Shown one piece after another: positions 53,534 through 63,145 of a stretch of 64,000 nt of DNA. The DNA comes from a bacterium (GTDB lineage Bacteria > Patescibacteriota > Saccharimonadia > Saccharimonadales > AWTP1-31), in the NCBI GenBank assembly GCA_030426125.1, contig JAUHZB010000002.1, positions 3,633 through 67,632 on the forward strand. The letters run 5' to 3'. Within the stretch, counting starts at the first letter, position 1. Each line of letters begins with the position of its first letter. The notes under the pieces are model-generated. The model saw nothing but the letters and a program-made list of their open reading frames with translations. It ran no database searches and was not told the origin of the DNA. A program made the translations under genes and the position numbers.

Positions 53534-54712
53534 ATGAGAATTGGTATAATATGCCCCTATAACTATTTTAGGCCTGGTGGTGTACAGATACTTATTCGAG
53601 GCATCGCCGATTCCCTGCAGGCGCGTGGACACTATGTTCGCATAATTGCCCCTCGTCCACGCAAAGTCCCAAAAGATGTGCCTAGTGATATTATCTTGAT
53701 CGGAAATTCAACCGAATTTAATACCCCTTTTGCTACTAAGGCAGATATTGGTATGAGCGTTTCTAATGAAAAGATTGATGAACTATTTGCTGAACATCAA
53801 TTTGATATACTACATTTCCATGAGCCAGGAGTGCCAGTACTAAGCGCCCAGCTACTTAGTCGATCTAATGCCGTCAACATAGCAACCATGCATGCTACTT
53901 TGCCTACTGGAGTGGCTAGCAAGTCTTTTGTGACCATGATGTCACCCTATGCTAAATATATTGAACCAAAGATTGATCTAGTTACGGCTGTGTCAGAGAG
54001 CGCTAAGCAAACCGCCCTAGCCTATTCGCCAGGCCGGGAAGTAGAAATTATCCCTAACGCTATAGATATCGGGAAGTATGCACACAAGGGAACAAAGGTG
54101 AGTACAGCTAAACAGAAGGATGCTTCTTCGGATAATAAAACTGATAAACCTAAAACTATCCTTTACGTCGGCCGGCTTGAAAAAAGAAAAGGTCTGCGTT
54201 ATTTAATCGAAGCTTATGCTGAGCTTGCGAAAAGACACAGCAATGTCCGTCTGAATATTATCGGGGACGGCAGACTAAAGAAAAGCATGGAGGCTCTAGT
54301 CGCGAAGCTAGAAGCACCGAATGTTAAGTTTTTAGGCTTCGTTAGCGAGGAGGAGAAGATAGCCAATCTTCACCAGGCTGATCTATTTGTTAGCCCAGCC
54401 TTATTTGGTGAAAGTTTTGGTATTGTGCTGGTCGAGGCTATGGCCGCCGGTTGCGTAACTTTAGCCGGCAATAATGCAGGATACCAGACAGTGATGACTG
54501 GCCGTGGTCGGATAAGTTTGGTTGATCCAAAGTCTTGTGATGATTTTTGGCAACGTATGGAAATACTGATTTACGACCAGGAGGTACGTAAACTTTGGCA
54601 TAAATGGGCTAAAGAAGAAGTAAAACAGTACGATTATCCTAAGATTACCGCTATGTACGAAGCTATCTATAAGCGTGGGTTGAGTGAGAAAAAGAAATCT
54701 GGAGAGAAATAA
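53534..54712 (+). CDS. family 4 glycosyltransferase
   Basis: MRIGIICPYNYFRPGGVQ. YVGRLEKRKG. E-x7-E region GESFGIVLVEAMAAG. Confidence 0.85.
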   Translation: MRIGIICPYNYFRPGGVQILIRGIADSLQARGHYVRIIAPRPRKVPKDVPSDIILIGNSTEFNTPFATKADIGMSVSNEKIDELFAEHQFDILHFHEPGVPVLSAQLLSRSNAVNIATMHATLPTGVASKSFVTMMSPYAKYIEPKIDLVTAVSESAKQTALAYSPGREVEIIPNAIDIGKYAHKGTKVSTAKQKDASSDNKTDKPKTILYVGRLEKRKGLRYLIEAYAELAKRHSNVRLNIIGDGRLKKSMEALVAKLEAPNVKFLGFVSEEEKIANLHQADLFVSPALFGESFGIVLVEAMAAGCVTLAGNNAGYQTVMTGRGRISLVDPKSCDDFWQRMEILIYDQEVRKLWHKWAKEEVKQYDYPKITAMYEAIYKRGLSEKKKSGEK

Positions 54713-54715
54713 GAA

Positions 54716-55855
54716 GTGAAAATTGGTTTTGTGCTTGATGATACCTTAGATTCTTCTGACGGTGTTCAGCAGTATGTACTGACTCTTGGAAAATGGTTGA
54801 GCGATAACGGACATCAGGTACACTATCTGGTCGGTCAAACCTCTCGAACAGATATAGCTAATATTCATAGCCTGGCAAAAAATTTACGGGTTAAGTTCAA
54901 TCGTAATGTACTGAGTATTCCGCTGTGGTCTAGAAAAAAACAGATTACTGAGTTACTAGAAACAGAAAAGTTTGATGTGCTGCATGTTCAGCTTCCCTTT
55001 AGTCCTTTGTTAGCTGGACGGGTTATAAAGTTAGCCCCAGCTAGCACCTGGATAATTGGGACCTTCCATATCCTGCCCTTTAATGCCATCCAAACCATAG
55101 CTGCCCGGCTACTTGGATGGCTAACTCGTAGTAGCTTAAGAAAAATAGATCAAGTTGTGTCGGTGTCTCCAGCAGCTCAAGAATTCGCTAAACGAAGCAT
55201 GGGTATCGAATCTGTTGTTATTCCTAATGCGGTTGACTTGGCTAGATTTAGCACGTCAAACAAGTTGACTAGCAAATTTAAAAAAAGTGGTCCAAGAAAC
55301 AGTAAACGGATTGTATTCCTAGGGCGGCTAGTTCAACGAAAAGGGTGTTATCAACTACTGCAAGCCCTCTTGGTACTTAAGCAGCAAGGTCGCCTAGAAG
55401 GAGTCGTTACTACTATAGCTGGCGATGGCCCGGATAGAGCTCGTTTGCGCCAGTTCGTAGAGCAACACCAAATGACCGACAATGTGAATTTCATTGGCAG
55501 AATAGACGAAGCCGATAAAGCTAGTTTGCTAGCTTCCGCGGATATTGTAGCCCTGCCTAGTATTTCGGGGGAGAGTTTTGGGATAGTAGTAGTAGAAGCA
55601 ATTGCTTCAGGAGGTGGGGTGGTTGTTGGTGGCAGAAACCCCGGTTATAGCTATGTATTGGCCGACACCCCTGAAACCTTAATTGACCCTCGTGTCAGCA
55701 ACAGCTTTGCAGACCGCCTTAGTGAGCTGTTGAAGGATAGTAGTAAACGTCAACAACTAGCTAAGAAACAACGTTCATTGATTAAGAAATTCGATGTAGC
55801 TGTAGTCGGTAAGAAGATATTAGATCTTTACCGGGCAACAAGTAGAAAACATTAG
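54716..55855 (+). CDS. family 4 glycosyltransferase
   Basis: GTG start 3 nt after the previous stop. FLGRLVQRKG. GESFGIVVVEAIASG. Confidence 0.85.
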   Translation: MKIGFVLDDTLDSSDGVQQYVLTLGKWLSDNGHQVHYLVGQTSRTDIANIHSLAKNLRVKFNRNVLSIPLWSRKKQITELLETEKFDVLHVQLPFSPLLAGRVIKLAPASTWIIGTFHILPFNAIQTIAARLLGWLTRSSLRKIDQVVSVSPAAQEFAKRSMGIESVVIPNAVDLARFSTSNKLTSKFKKSGPRNSKRIVFLGRLVQRKGCYQLLQALLVLKQQGRLEGVVTTIAGDGPDRARLRQFVEQHQMTDNVNFIGRIDEADKASLLASADIVALPSISGESFGIVVVEAIASGGGVVVGGRNPGYSYVLADTPETLIDPRVSNSFADRLSELLKDSSKRQQLAKKQRSLIKKFDVAVVGKKILDLYRATSRKH

Positions 55856-55902
55856 TAGCTAGAAAAGTGATACAATAAGAGCAGATAGTCAGATAAACAG
55901 TC

Positions 55903-56979
55903 ATGAGCAATACAACAAAAATACAAGTAACAATAAGTAACAGAACAGTTCTCAGGGTTATTTTTATAGTTCTAGCTACCATATTGGGTGTTAGGTTTCT
56001 AATTAACATTGCCCAGCCACTAACTCTAATATTTATATCTTTCTTTCTAGCCATTGCTCTTAATCCAGCTGTTACCTTTATCACTCACAAGCTAAAATTT
56101 AAGAAACGGGCCCCAGCCGTAGCCATTTCATATTTAACCGTAGTAGCCATACTTGTCGGCTTGTTCCTAATTATTGTACCTCCATTGTTTTCTCAGACCC
56201 GTGATTTTGTTGATACTCTGCCAGATACCATTGCCAGCGTTAAAGATCAGAACTCTACCCTTGGTAGTTTTATAAATAACTATGAATTGGCCGAAACTGT
56301 AGATAATATTTCCAATGAACTAGCTAGAAAAGTAAAGAATTTACCAGAGCCAGTAATCGCCTCGGCTGGCAAGATTGGTAGTGGTATTGTTTCAACCATA
56401 GCGGTGTTGTTTATGACTTTCATGATGCTAATAGAAGGTCCGGGCTGGAAGAAAGACCTCTTAAGATTAACTACCCCATCCAAAAGGAAGTATTATGAAT
56501 CGATGCTGTCTAGGATGTATGAGGTGGTTACTGGTTATGTCAATGGACAGTTAATAATATCGGTTATTGCTGCTGGATTTGCCCTAGTTGCCTTGCTGGT
56601 GGCCAGCACGCTGTTTGGGGTATCAATCAATGCTGTTGGTCTAGCTGGTGTTATTGCGCTAACCGGACTTGTGCCGATGATAGGTACGGTAATTGGCGCA
56701 ACTATCGTAGTTACAGTTACGATGCTTAGTTCTTTGCCACTAGCAATCGTAATGGCTATTTTCTTTATTGTTTACCAACAGACCGAAAACGTCACTATTC
56801 AGCCATATATCCAATCTAAGAAAAGTGAACTGACCCCACTGCTAGTCTTTATAGCTGCAATCCTTGGTATTGGTCTAGGTGGACTGCTAGGTGGTTTTAT
56901 AGCAATTCCACTCGCCGCTTGCCTTAAGATTGTGGTGATCGATTACTATCAGCGGAAAGTAAAACCGGAGTCTGAGTAA
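55903..56979 (+). CDS. AI-2E (PerM/UPF0118) family transporter
   Basis: 358-aa polytopic protein with a family-typical layout and a ...VYQQTENVTIQPYI... segment. Confidence 0.7.
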   Translation: MSNTTKIQVTISNRTVLRVIFIVLATILGVRFLINIAQPLTLIFISFFLAIALNPAVTFITHKLKFKKRAPAVAISYLTVVAILVGLFLIIVPPLFSQTRDFVDTLPDTIASVKDQNSTLGSFINNYELAETVDNISNELARKVKNLPEPVIASAGKIGSGIVSTIAVLFMTFMMLIEGPGWKKDLLRLTTPSKRKYYESMLSRMYEVVTGYVNGQLIISVIAAGFALVALLVASTLFGVSINAVGLAGVIALTGLVPMIGTVIGATIVVTVTMLSSLPLAIVMAIFFIVYQQTENVTIQPYIQSKKSELTPLLVFIAAILGIGLGGLLGGFIAIPLAACLKIVVIDYYQRKVKPESE

Positions 56980-57029
56980 CTAAATAGGCCGTTAGTTGCT
57001 TATTAGTTTATTCGTTTTTTGTAGCTGAA

Positions 57030-58445
57030 TTAAATTCTACTCCAGATTGAAGTTTCGCCTACATCTTTAACAGCTATCCCTTGACTCTCTAGTTGCCTGC
57101 GTATTTGATCAGCCTTCTGCCAGTCCTTTGTTTCTCTAGCCAGTTGTCTTTGCTTTATTAGTTCTTTTTGCTCTAGGTTAATATCACTAGAGTCGAGTAG
57201 ATTGATTCCGATACTGACTTCAATGAAGTTAAAGAAATCCTCGATTTGTTGTTTGCTAATCGCCCTAGCTTCGTTTATTAAATTGAGCCCTTTTTCGATT
57301 ACAACTATGGCGCTAGGAGTATTTAAATCTTGTTGAAGTTCGGATAGTATATTATCTTTTAGTTCTTTGAGTTGTTCATTGGTGTTTTCATCACTAGCTT
57401 CATTATCCGTAGATACCTGGAAACGTAGGTCAGCGGCGTCTTGCCAGGTTTGTAGTCGAGATTTAGCGCTATTTAGTGTGTCCCAAGTAAAGTTGCTCTG
57501 GGTTCGGTAGTGGCTTTGTAATACCATAAGTCGGAATGCTTTTAAGCTAATATTCTTATCTAAGATGTCTTGAAGTAGGATCTCATTACCCTTGCTTTTA
57601 GATAGCTTAGTATTGTCGACGTTTAGAAAGTTATTGTGTAGCCAGCAGTTAACAAAAGTCTGACCAGTAGCTGCTTCACTCTGGGCAATTTCATTGGTAT
57701 GGTGGACTGGAATATGGTCAATGCCACCAGTGTGAATGTCTAGGGTTGTGCCTAAATAATGCATAGCCATAGCTGAACATTCTATATGCCAGCCTGGGAA
57801 GCCGACGCCCCAAGGGCTGTCCCACTGCATGTCACGTTTTTTGTCGGTTGGGCTAAATTTCCATAATGCAAAATCGGTAGGATTTTTCTTATCTTTAACT
57901 TCTACCCGGACTCCTGGTTTTAGGCCTTCGATATCTAATCTAGCCAGCTTGCCGTAGTCGGATAATTTTGAAGTATCGAAGTAGAGGCCGTCACTAATTC
58001 TGTAGCAGAAACCCTTGCTTTCTAGTTTTTGTATTAGTTCAATTTGGATCTCTATGTTATCCGTGGCTTTTACTAAATGGTCTTTAGGGATGGATATGTT
58101 TAGCTGATCTAGGCCACTTAGGAAATCTTGACTATAGAAATCGGCAACTTCCCAAGCAGTTTTTCCTTCCCGCCGAGCACCTTTTTCTAATTTGTCCTCA
58201 CCGCTATCGTCATCACTTACTAGGTGGCCAACGTCGGTTATATTCATATACCACTTCACACTATACCCAGTCAGCTTCAGCGTCCTGACTAATGTGTCCC
58301 AGTAGATATATGATGACCAATTACCGATGTGTAGGTAACTATAGACAGTCGGTCCACAGCTATAGATAGTGACTTCTCCGTCGTTAATTAGTTGGAGCGG
58401 TTTAATTTCTCGCTCTAAAGTATTGTATAGTTTGACCGAGTTCAT
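57030..58445 (-). CDS. cysS: cysteine--tRNA ligase
   Basis: HIGN (YLHIGNW) and KMSKS-type KLSKSKGN. WHIECS zinc site. Confidence 0.95.
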   Translation of the reverse strand: MNSVKLYNTLEREIKPLQLINDGEVTIYSCGPTVYSYLHIGNWSSYIYWDTLVRTLKLTGYSVKWYMNITDVGHLVSDDDSGEDKLEKGARREGKTAWEVADFYSQDFLSGLDQLNISIPKDHLVKATDNIEIQIELIQKLESKGFCYRISDGLYFDTSKLSDYGKLARLDIEGLKPGVRVEVKDKKNPTDFALWKFSPTDKKRDMQWDSPWGVGFPGWHIECSAMAMHYLGTTLDIHTGGIDHIPVHHTNEIAQSEAATGQTFVNCWLHNNFLNVDNTKLSKSKGNEILLQDILDKNISLKAFRLMVLQSHYRTQSNFTWDTLNSAKSRLQTWQDAADLRFQVSTDNEASDENTNEQLKELKDNILSELQQDLNTPSAIVVIEKGLNLINEARAISKQQIEDFFNFIEVSIGINLLDSSDINLEQKELIKQRQLARETKDWQKADQIRRQLESQGIAVKDVGETSIWSRI

Positions 58446-59467
58446 GACTCAGACTCCTTAGCTAGTAGTTTGCTAGCAACTCTGATTACTTCTTTTTTTA
58501 TGCCAGTTAAATCGTAGTCTTTTGTTTTAAAGCCAGCTGCGCTGGGGTGGCCACCACCACCGAAATGTTCAGCTACCCCGCCAGCAATACTAGAGCCAAA
58601 ATTACTTCTTAGTTTTCCAGTTATCCGACCATCGGGGTAGCTTTTTATTACCACTGCTAGCTTAACTTCACTGGCAAAACGTAGTTCTTCTAGAACTAGT
58701 ACAGCTGGATTATAGTGGGGACTATATTTAACGGTCTCATCCCAAGGTATATCGATCATCGCTAGCTGGTTGTCTAGTAAATAATCTATTCTTTGTAGTA
58801 GCTCGCCTTTGTATTTAATGATATCTATCGATTTGGACATGCCCCGTCTTCGTATTTCTTCCAGCTGAGCTAGGTTGGCGCCAAGATCAATTAAGTCAGC
58901 GACCACTCGCAAAGGTCGAGCAGTCGTCTTCTCGGTGCTAAAGCCTAGCGAATCAGCTAGTATCGAGCTGGTAAGTAGGTTGGCAGCTGCTTCCGATATC
59001 TCCCAATCCAGTTGTTTGGCGATGAAATATATTACCTCCCCGGTAGCCACCGAGCTAGGATCAATTACTTCAGTACTGTTGATGGTGATTGTGTTCTCAA
59101 TTTGGTGGTGATCGATTATTATAAACGGCCTAGTTCTTAGCGCTCCAATAGAACCATTTTTCTCTAGTTGCTCTAACAGGTTAATGCTTGAGCAGTCAAC
59201 CAGTATAGCGCTGTCAAAGCTATTTGGTAGGTCTTTAACGACCCTATCAGTACCAGGTATGTAGCGTAAATAACTAGAAATATCTATACCGCAGTAGAGA
59301 GTTACTTTTTTGCCCATATTGCCTAGGATTTCTTCTAAAGCCAGAGCGCTGGCGAGACTATCAGCGTCGGGGTTGTCAGCTTGAATTACTACGATATGTT
59401 CGGAGTTATCGACTATTTCTTTAATCTTGTCAGCTTGGTCGTAGGTTGGGTAACGCTTAGAGGTCAT
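58442..59467 (-). CDS. DHH/DHHA1 phosphoesterase (NrnA-like)
   Basis: DNPDADSLAS, IIIDHHQ and a GGGGHPSAAG DHHA1 motif. 4-nt overlaps with both neighbours. Confidence 0.75.
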   Translation of the reverse strand: MTSKRYPTYDQADKIKEIVDNSEHIVVIQADNPDADSLASALALEEILGNMGKKVTLYCGIDISSYLRYIPGTDRVVKDLPNSFDSAILVDCSSINLLEQLEKNGSIGALRTRPFIIIDHHQIENTITINSTEVIDPSSVATGEVIYFIAKQLDWEISEAAANLLTSSILADSLGFSTEKTTARPLRVVADLIDLGANLAQLEEIRRRGMSKSIDIIKYKGELLQRIDYLLDNQLAMIDIPWDETVKYSPHYNPAVLVLEELRFASEVKLAVVIKSYPDGRITGKLRSNFGSSIAGGVAEHFGGGGHPSAAGFKTKDYDLTGIKKEVIRVASKLLAKESES

Positions 59468-60069
59468 AGTGTTTGTCTTCCTTCTAGAGCTCGCGATAGG
59501 GTTATTTGATCAGCATACTCAATATCTACCCCAACTGGTAAGCCCCGAGCTAGCCGACTAATCTTTACTTTGCGATCTCCAAGTTGTTGCTGGACATAAA
59601 GGGCGGTTGATTCACCCTCAACACCGGCACTAGTAGCTAGGATTATTTCCTTAACTTTGTCCTCATCGACTCGCTTGATTAGCTCATCGATATGAAGTTG
59701 CTCCGGACCGATTCCATCAATTGGAGATATTAGTCCACCAAGTACGTGGTAGGTACCATTAAATTCGTTGGTGTTTTCGATTGAGACAATATCGAAAGGC
59801 TCGGCAACTACGGCAATTAGACTTTTATCTCTTTTTGGGTCGGTGTATAGATCGGAGTATTTCTGACCTTTAGGTATTAAGGCAAAAGTCTTTGGACAGT
59901 AATCTATGTTTTTGTGTAAGTCGGCTAAGCTGGAGCTAAGTTTGTCGGTGCCACTGCGATCAGCCCTTAGTAAATAGTAAGCAAAGCGTTCAGCAGAGCG
60001 CGGGCCAACGCCAGGTAAGACCCCAAAGGCTTCGATTACATCCAGTAAGGCTTTTGGAAGTACCTGCAT
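59464..60069 (-). CDS. recR: recombination protein RecR (zinc-finger Cys residues largely absent)
   Basis: LPGVGPRSAERFAYYLL helix-hairpin-helix. Toprim region YHVLGGLISPIDGIGPE...EIILATSAGVEGE. Only one Cys where CxxC...CxxC is expected. Confidence 0.85.
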   Translation of the reverse strand: MQVLPKALLDVIEAFGVLPGVGPRSAERFAYYLLRADRSGTDKLSSSLADLHKNIDYCPKTFALIPKGQKYSDLYTDPKRDKSLIAVVAEPFDIVSIENTNEFNGTYHVLGGLISPIDGIGPEQLHIDELIKRVDEDKVKEIILATSAGVEGESTALYVQQQLGDRKVKISRLARGLPVGVDIEYADQITLSRALEGRQTL

Positions 60070-60078
60070 TAGACTTCT

Positions 60079-60372
60079 TTAAAGACCTAGGTCGCCTAGA
60101 GCACCCATGAAGGGTTGCATCCGCTCAGCCGCTAGTTTTTGACTTTGAGCAATTCCATCTTTTACGGCATCTTCGATCCAGCGCTCTAGTTCACCAATGT
60201 CATCTAGATCTACTTGTTCAGGATCGATGTGGATTTTTTTAATCTTCTGTTCACCAGTTATTTCTACTCTAACAGCGCCATCACCCTCTTCGGTAGTGAT
60301 GATCTCTTTCTTTAATTCTTTTTGCAGTTTCTTAACTTTCATTAACATTTTTGCTTGGTCAAAACGGCTCAC
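60079..60372 (-). CDS. ybaB: YbaB/EbfC nucleoid-associated protein
   Basis: 97 aa. MLMKVKKLQKELKK...GDGAVRVEITGEQKIKKIHIDPE. Sits adjacent to recR. Confidence 0.85.
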   Translation of the reverse strand: MSRFDQAKMLMKVKKLQKELKKEIITTEEGDGAVRVEITGEQKIKKIHIDPEQVDLDDIGELERWIEDAVKDGIAQSQKLAAERMQPFMGALGDLGL

Positions 60373-60498
60373 AATATTTCTCCTTATTACAAAACATAGT
60401 ATAACAATTATAGAGAGGTTGTGGTAGTAGTCTATAAGACTAGCTAAGACATTCTAAAACCGTATTAAACTAGGTCAGGTGTATGTGAATAATAGTCG

Positions 60499-61719
60499 TT
60501 ATTTTGGTACAACGGTTTCTTTTTTAGGGCTCGGTGGCAGTCTAAATATTTTCTTGGTTTGGGGTGTCTGCGGCCAGGCTATAAAGTATTTGTTTAGGTT
60601 ATAAAAGCAGGAGCTAGCAACGGCCACAATCACTAGACTATAGGCCAGTCCTTTAGCAATTGGATTATGTGGGAATTTCACATACCACTTATTTAGCATT
60701 TCGTTTATACCGGAAGCTACCGCAATGTAGGTAAGTGGTAGTAGAAGTACTAGGAACTTGGAATCATTTAGAGCTATAAAAGTTAGCATCAGTAGTATTC
60801 CGACTATTACAAAAATAGATAGTTTCTTTTTGTTTTCAATGACGAAGTAATAGCAGCCTAGCAGGAACATGAATAATATAAAGATATCAAAAATGGGTGT
60901 GCCAATTATATTAAATTGAGCCGCTTCTCTACCCTGCCAAAACAGCTGGTAAGGGATACCAATCAAATTAGCTGGCAGTTCCACTAAGCTATCTTTAATC
61001 TGGCTCGGGAATCCTAGATAAGCTAGGATATTGTCGGGGTTGCTTAGTAGTGATAACAATAGTGGTGTTAGAAGTAGCAAGATAATAAATATCGAAAGTA
61101 GTAGATAGGGTCTGGCTATATGAAATAGCTCGATAATGTTTTTCTTCTGCCAGATAACAAATAGTATAAATAGCCAGATTAAACCTGGAGTGTATAGACA
61201 TAGAATTGAAACCGCAATCCCGATGGCTAGAGCAAGCTTTGAAGAAGGACGAGTATTTAGCCACATACCATAGCCCATAAGCAGTACTGCCATTAATATA
61301 GATATTTCTGGAGAGGCATAACGCACGCTAGCGATAAAAAAGCTATTTGTAGCCAGCATTATGGTAGTTATAACTGAAATAAATACACTGAACCAGCGCC
61401 TTAGTATGGTATAGAAGATTCCAATAGTGACAGTTCCTAGTAGGATTGAAGGCAGGCGCATGGCTAGAAAGCCGTTATGATCGATCTTTATCATGATGTA
61501 TTGCACTATTTTGTGTGGTGCATATAGTGGGTTATCGAATATTGCCCTAATACTATTCGATTCGTTGATAAACAGTTTCTCCTCAGATGTAAAACCGGGA
61601 ACCAAGCTACTAATCTTGAAGACGTATAAACACAGTAATAGTAGCATTATAATTGCCGATATACATATTAATTGCCAGTCCAATGACCTATAGGTCTTTA
61701 CTAGATATTTTTTTAACAT
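60499..61719 (-). CDS. polytopic glycosyltransferase-like membrane protein (GT39/ArnT/PMT_2-like)
   Basis: 406 aa with about 11 TM. An N-terminal loop with acidic residues after TM1 is typical of GT-C enzymes. Weak family call. Confidence 0.45.
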   Translation of the reverse strand: MLKKYLVKTYRSLDWQLICISAIIMLLLLCLYVFKISSLVPGFTSEEKLFINESNSIRAIFDNPLYAPHKIVQYIMIKIDHNGFLAMRLPSILLGTVTIGIFYTILRRWFSVFISVITTIMLATNSFFIASVRYASPEISILMAVLLMGYGMWLNTRPSSKLALAIGIAVSILCLYTPGLIWLFILFVIWQKKNIIELFHIARPYLLLSIFIILLLLTPLLLSLLSNPDNILAYLGFPSQIKDSLVELPANLIGIPYQLFWQGREAAQFNIIGTPIFDIFILFMFLLGCYYFVIENKKKLSIFVIVGILLMLTFIALNDSKFLVLLLPLTYIAVASGINEMLNKWYVKFPHNPIAKGLAYSLVIVAVASSCFYNLNKYFIAWPQTPQTKKIFRLPPSPKKETVVPK

Positions 61720-61785
61720 AGTGCTACTTCCAATTATAGCATGACGCTTGTTTTTATATTTTCTCTGGAGCTTGGGTTAAATAGG

Positions 61786-63141
61786 CTAATCAAATGGATC
61801 GCTACGTTTACTATCTAGAGATCTAAATTGCTGTTTCTCGCGGTTGAAGTAGAGTTCTACAGCACCAGTCGGACCATTACGGTGTTTTTTAATAAGCACA
61901 TCGATAATATTTTTTCTTTCCGATTCTGGGTTGTAGTAGTCTTCGCGGTACAAGAAAGCTACAACGTCGGCATCTTGCTCAATCGATCCTGATTCGCGTA
62001 AGTCTTGTAGTTGCGGTATTTGCGGGTTACGACTTTCTACCGATCGAGATAGCTGACTTAGAGCGATTAGAGGCACGTTTAATTCCCTAGCAATTCCCTT
62101 TAGTCCTCTAGATATGGCCGATATTTCTTGAACACGATTGGCATCGCCACCGAACTTGGAGCCTCCACTCATTAGCTGTAGGTAGTCAACAATAATTAAG
62201 CCGAGTGGTCGGGTGTGGGCTTCTCGGCGAGCTTTAGTCCGCAGATCACTTACTGTAATGCCCGGTGTGTCATCGATAAATATCTGAGCCTCAGATAGTG
62301 AGCCCATGGCTTGACCAATTCTTTCAAAATCGTTGTCGCTAAGGTTGCCAGTTCTAAGCGCCCAGGCATCAACTCCAGATTCGGTGGCTAGCATACGGTC
62401 TACTAACTGTTCCTTACTCATTTCCAGGCTAAATAGCAGGACTGGTTCTTTGGCTTTTAGTGATACGCTGTGTGCTAGGGCTAGCGAAAAAGCAGTTTTA
62501 CCCATTGATGGTCTAGCGGCTAGAATAAACAAGTCGGATCTTTGTAGGCCGGCTAGAATGCCGTCTAAATCTTTAAAGCCAGTTGGAATGCCTCGAAGCT
62601 TGCCTTTGTCTTTATGTAGTTCATCAAGACGATCGAAGCTTTCGCCAAGCACTGACTCAATGCTACTAATATCTTGTTTAACGTGTTTTTGGCTAACTTC
62701 AAATAGTCTGGTTTCAGCTTCCTCGATTAATTCCTGAAGATTTCGTTCTTCGTTGTAGCTAATCTCTACCGTATCTTGACTTACTTTAATTAACTTTCGC
62801 CGAATTGCTTTCTGAGCAATGATTTGGGCGTATTGTTCAGCATGGGCAGCCGTTGGGACATAGTTAGTTAGTTCTGTTAGATAGGCGGCTCCGCCTACAT
62901 AATCTAAAAAGCCAGAGTTTTTTAGCTGATCAGCTAAAGTAAGTACATCTATGGGGCTGTGTTTTTCATACAGCTGGATGATAGCTTCGAATATCCGTCC
63001 ATGTTTTTTATCGTAAAAGTCATCAGCGCTTACAATATCGGCAATCTTAACTATTGCATCACTATCAATTAATATAGCCCCTAGAAGACTAGCTTCTGCT
63101 TCGGGGCTTTGTGGTGGCACTATAGCTTCATTTGGTTTCAT
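61786..63141 (-). CDS. dnaB: replicative DNA helicase DnaB
   Basis: PPQSPEAEASLLGAILID N-terminus. Walker A ARPSMGKTAFSL. IIVDYLQLM and SQLSR...R motifs. Confidence 0.95.
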   Translation of the reverse strand: MKPNEAIVPPQSPEAEASLLGAILIDSDAIVKIADIVSADDFYDKKHGRIFEAIIQLYEKHSPIDVLTLADQLKNSGFLDYVGGAAYLTELTNYVPTAAHAEQYAQIIAQKAIRRKLIKVSQDTVEISYNEERNLQELIEEAETRLFEVSQKHVKQDISSIESVLGESFDRLDELHKDKGKLRGIPTGFKDLDGILAGLQRSDLFILAARPSMGKTAFSLALAHSVSLKAKEPVLLFSLEMSKEQLVDRMLATESGVDAWALRTGNLSDNDFERIGQAMGSLSEAQIFIDDTPGITVSDLRTKARREAHTRPLGLIIVDYLQLMSGGSKFGGDANRVQEISAISRGLKGIARELNVPLIALSQLSRSVESRNPQIPQLQDLRESGSIEQDADVVAFLYREDYYNPESERKNIIDVLIKKHRNGPTGAVELYFNREKQQFRSLDSKRSDPFD

Positions 63142-63145
63142 ATAC

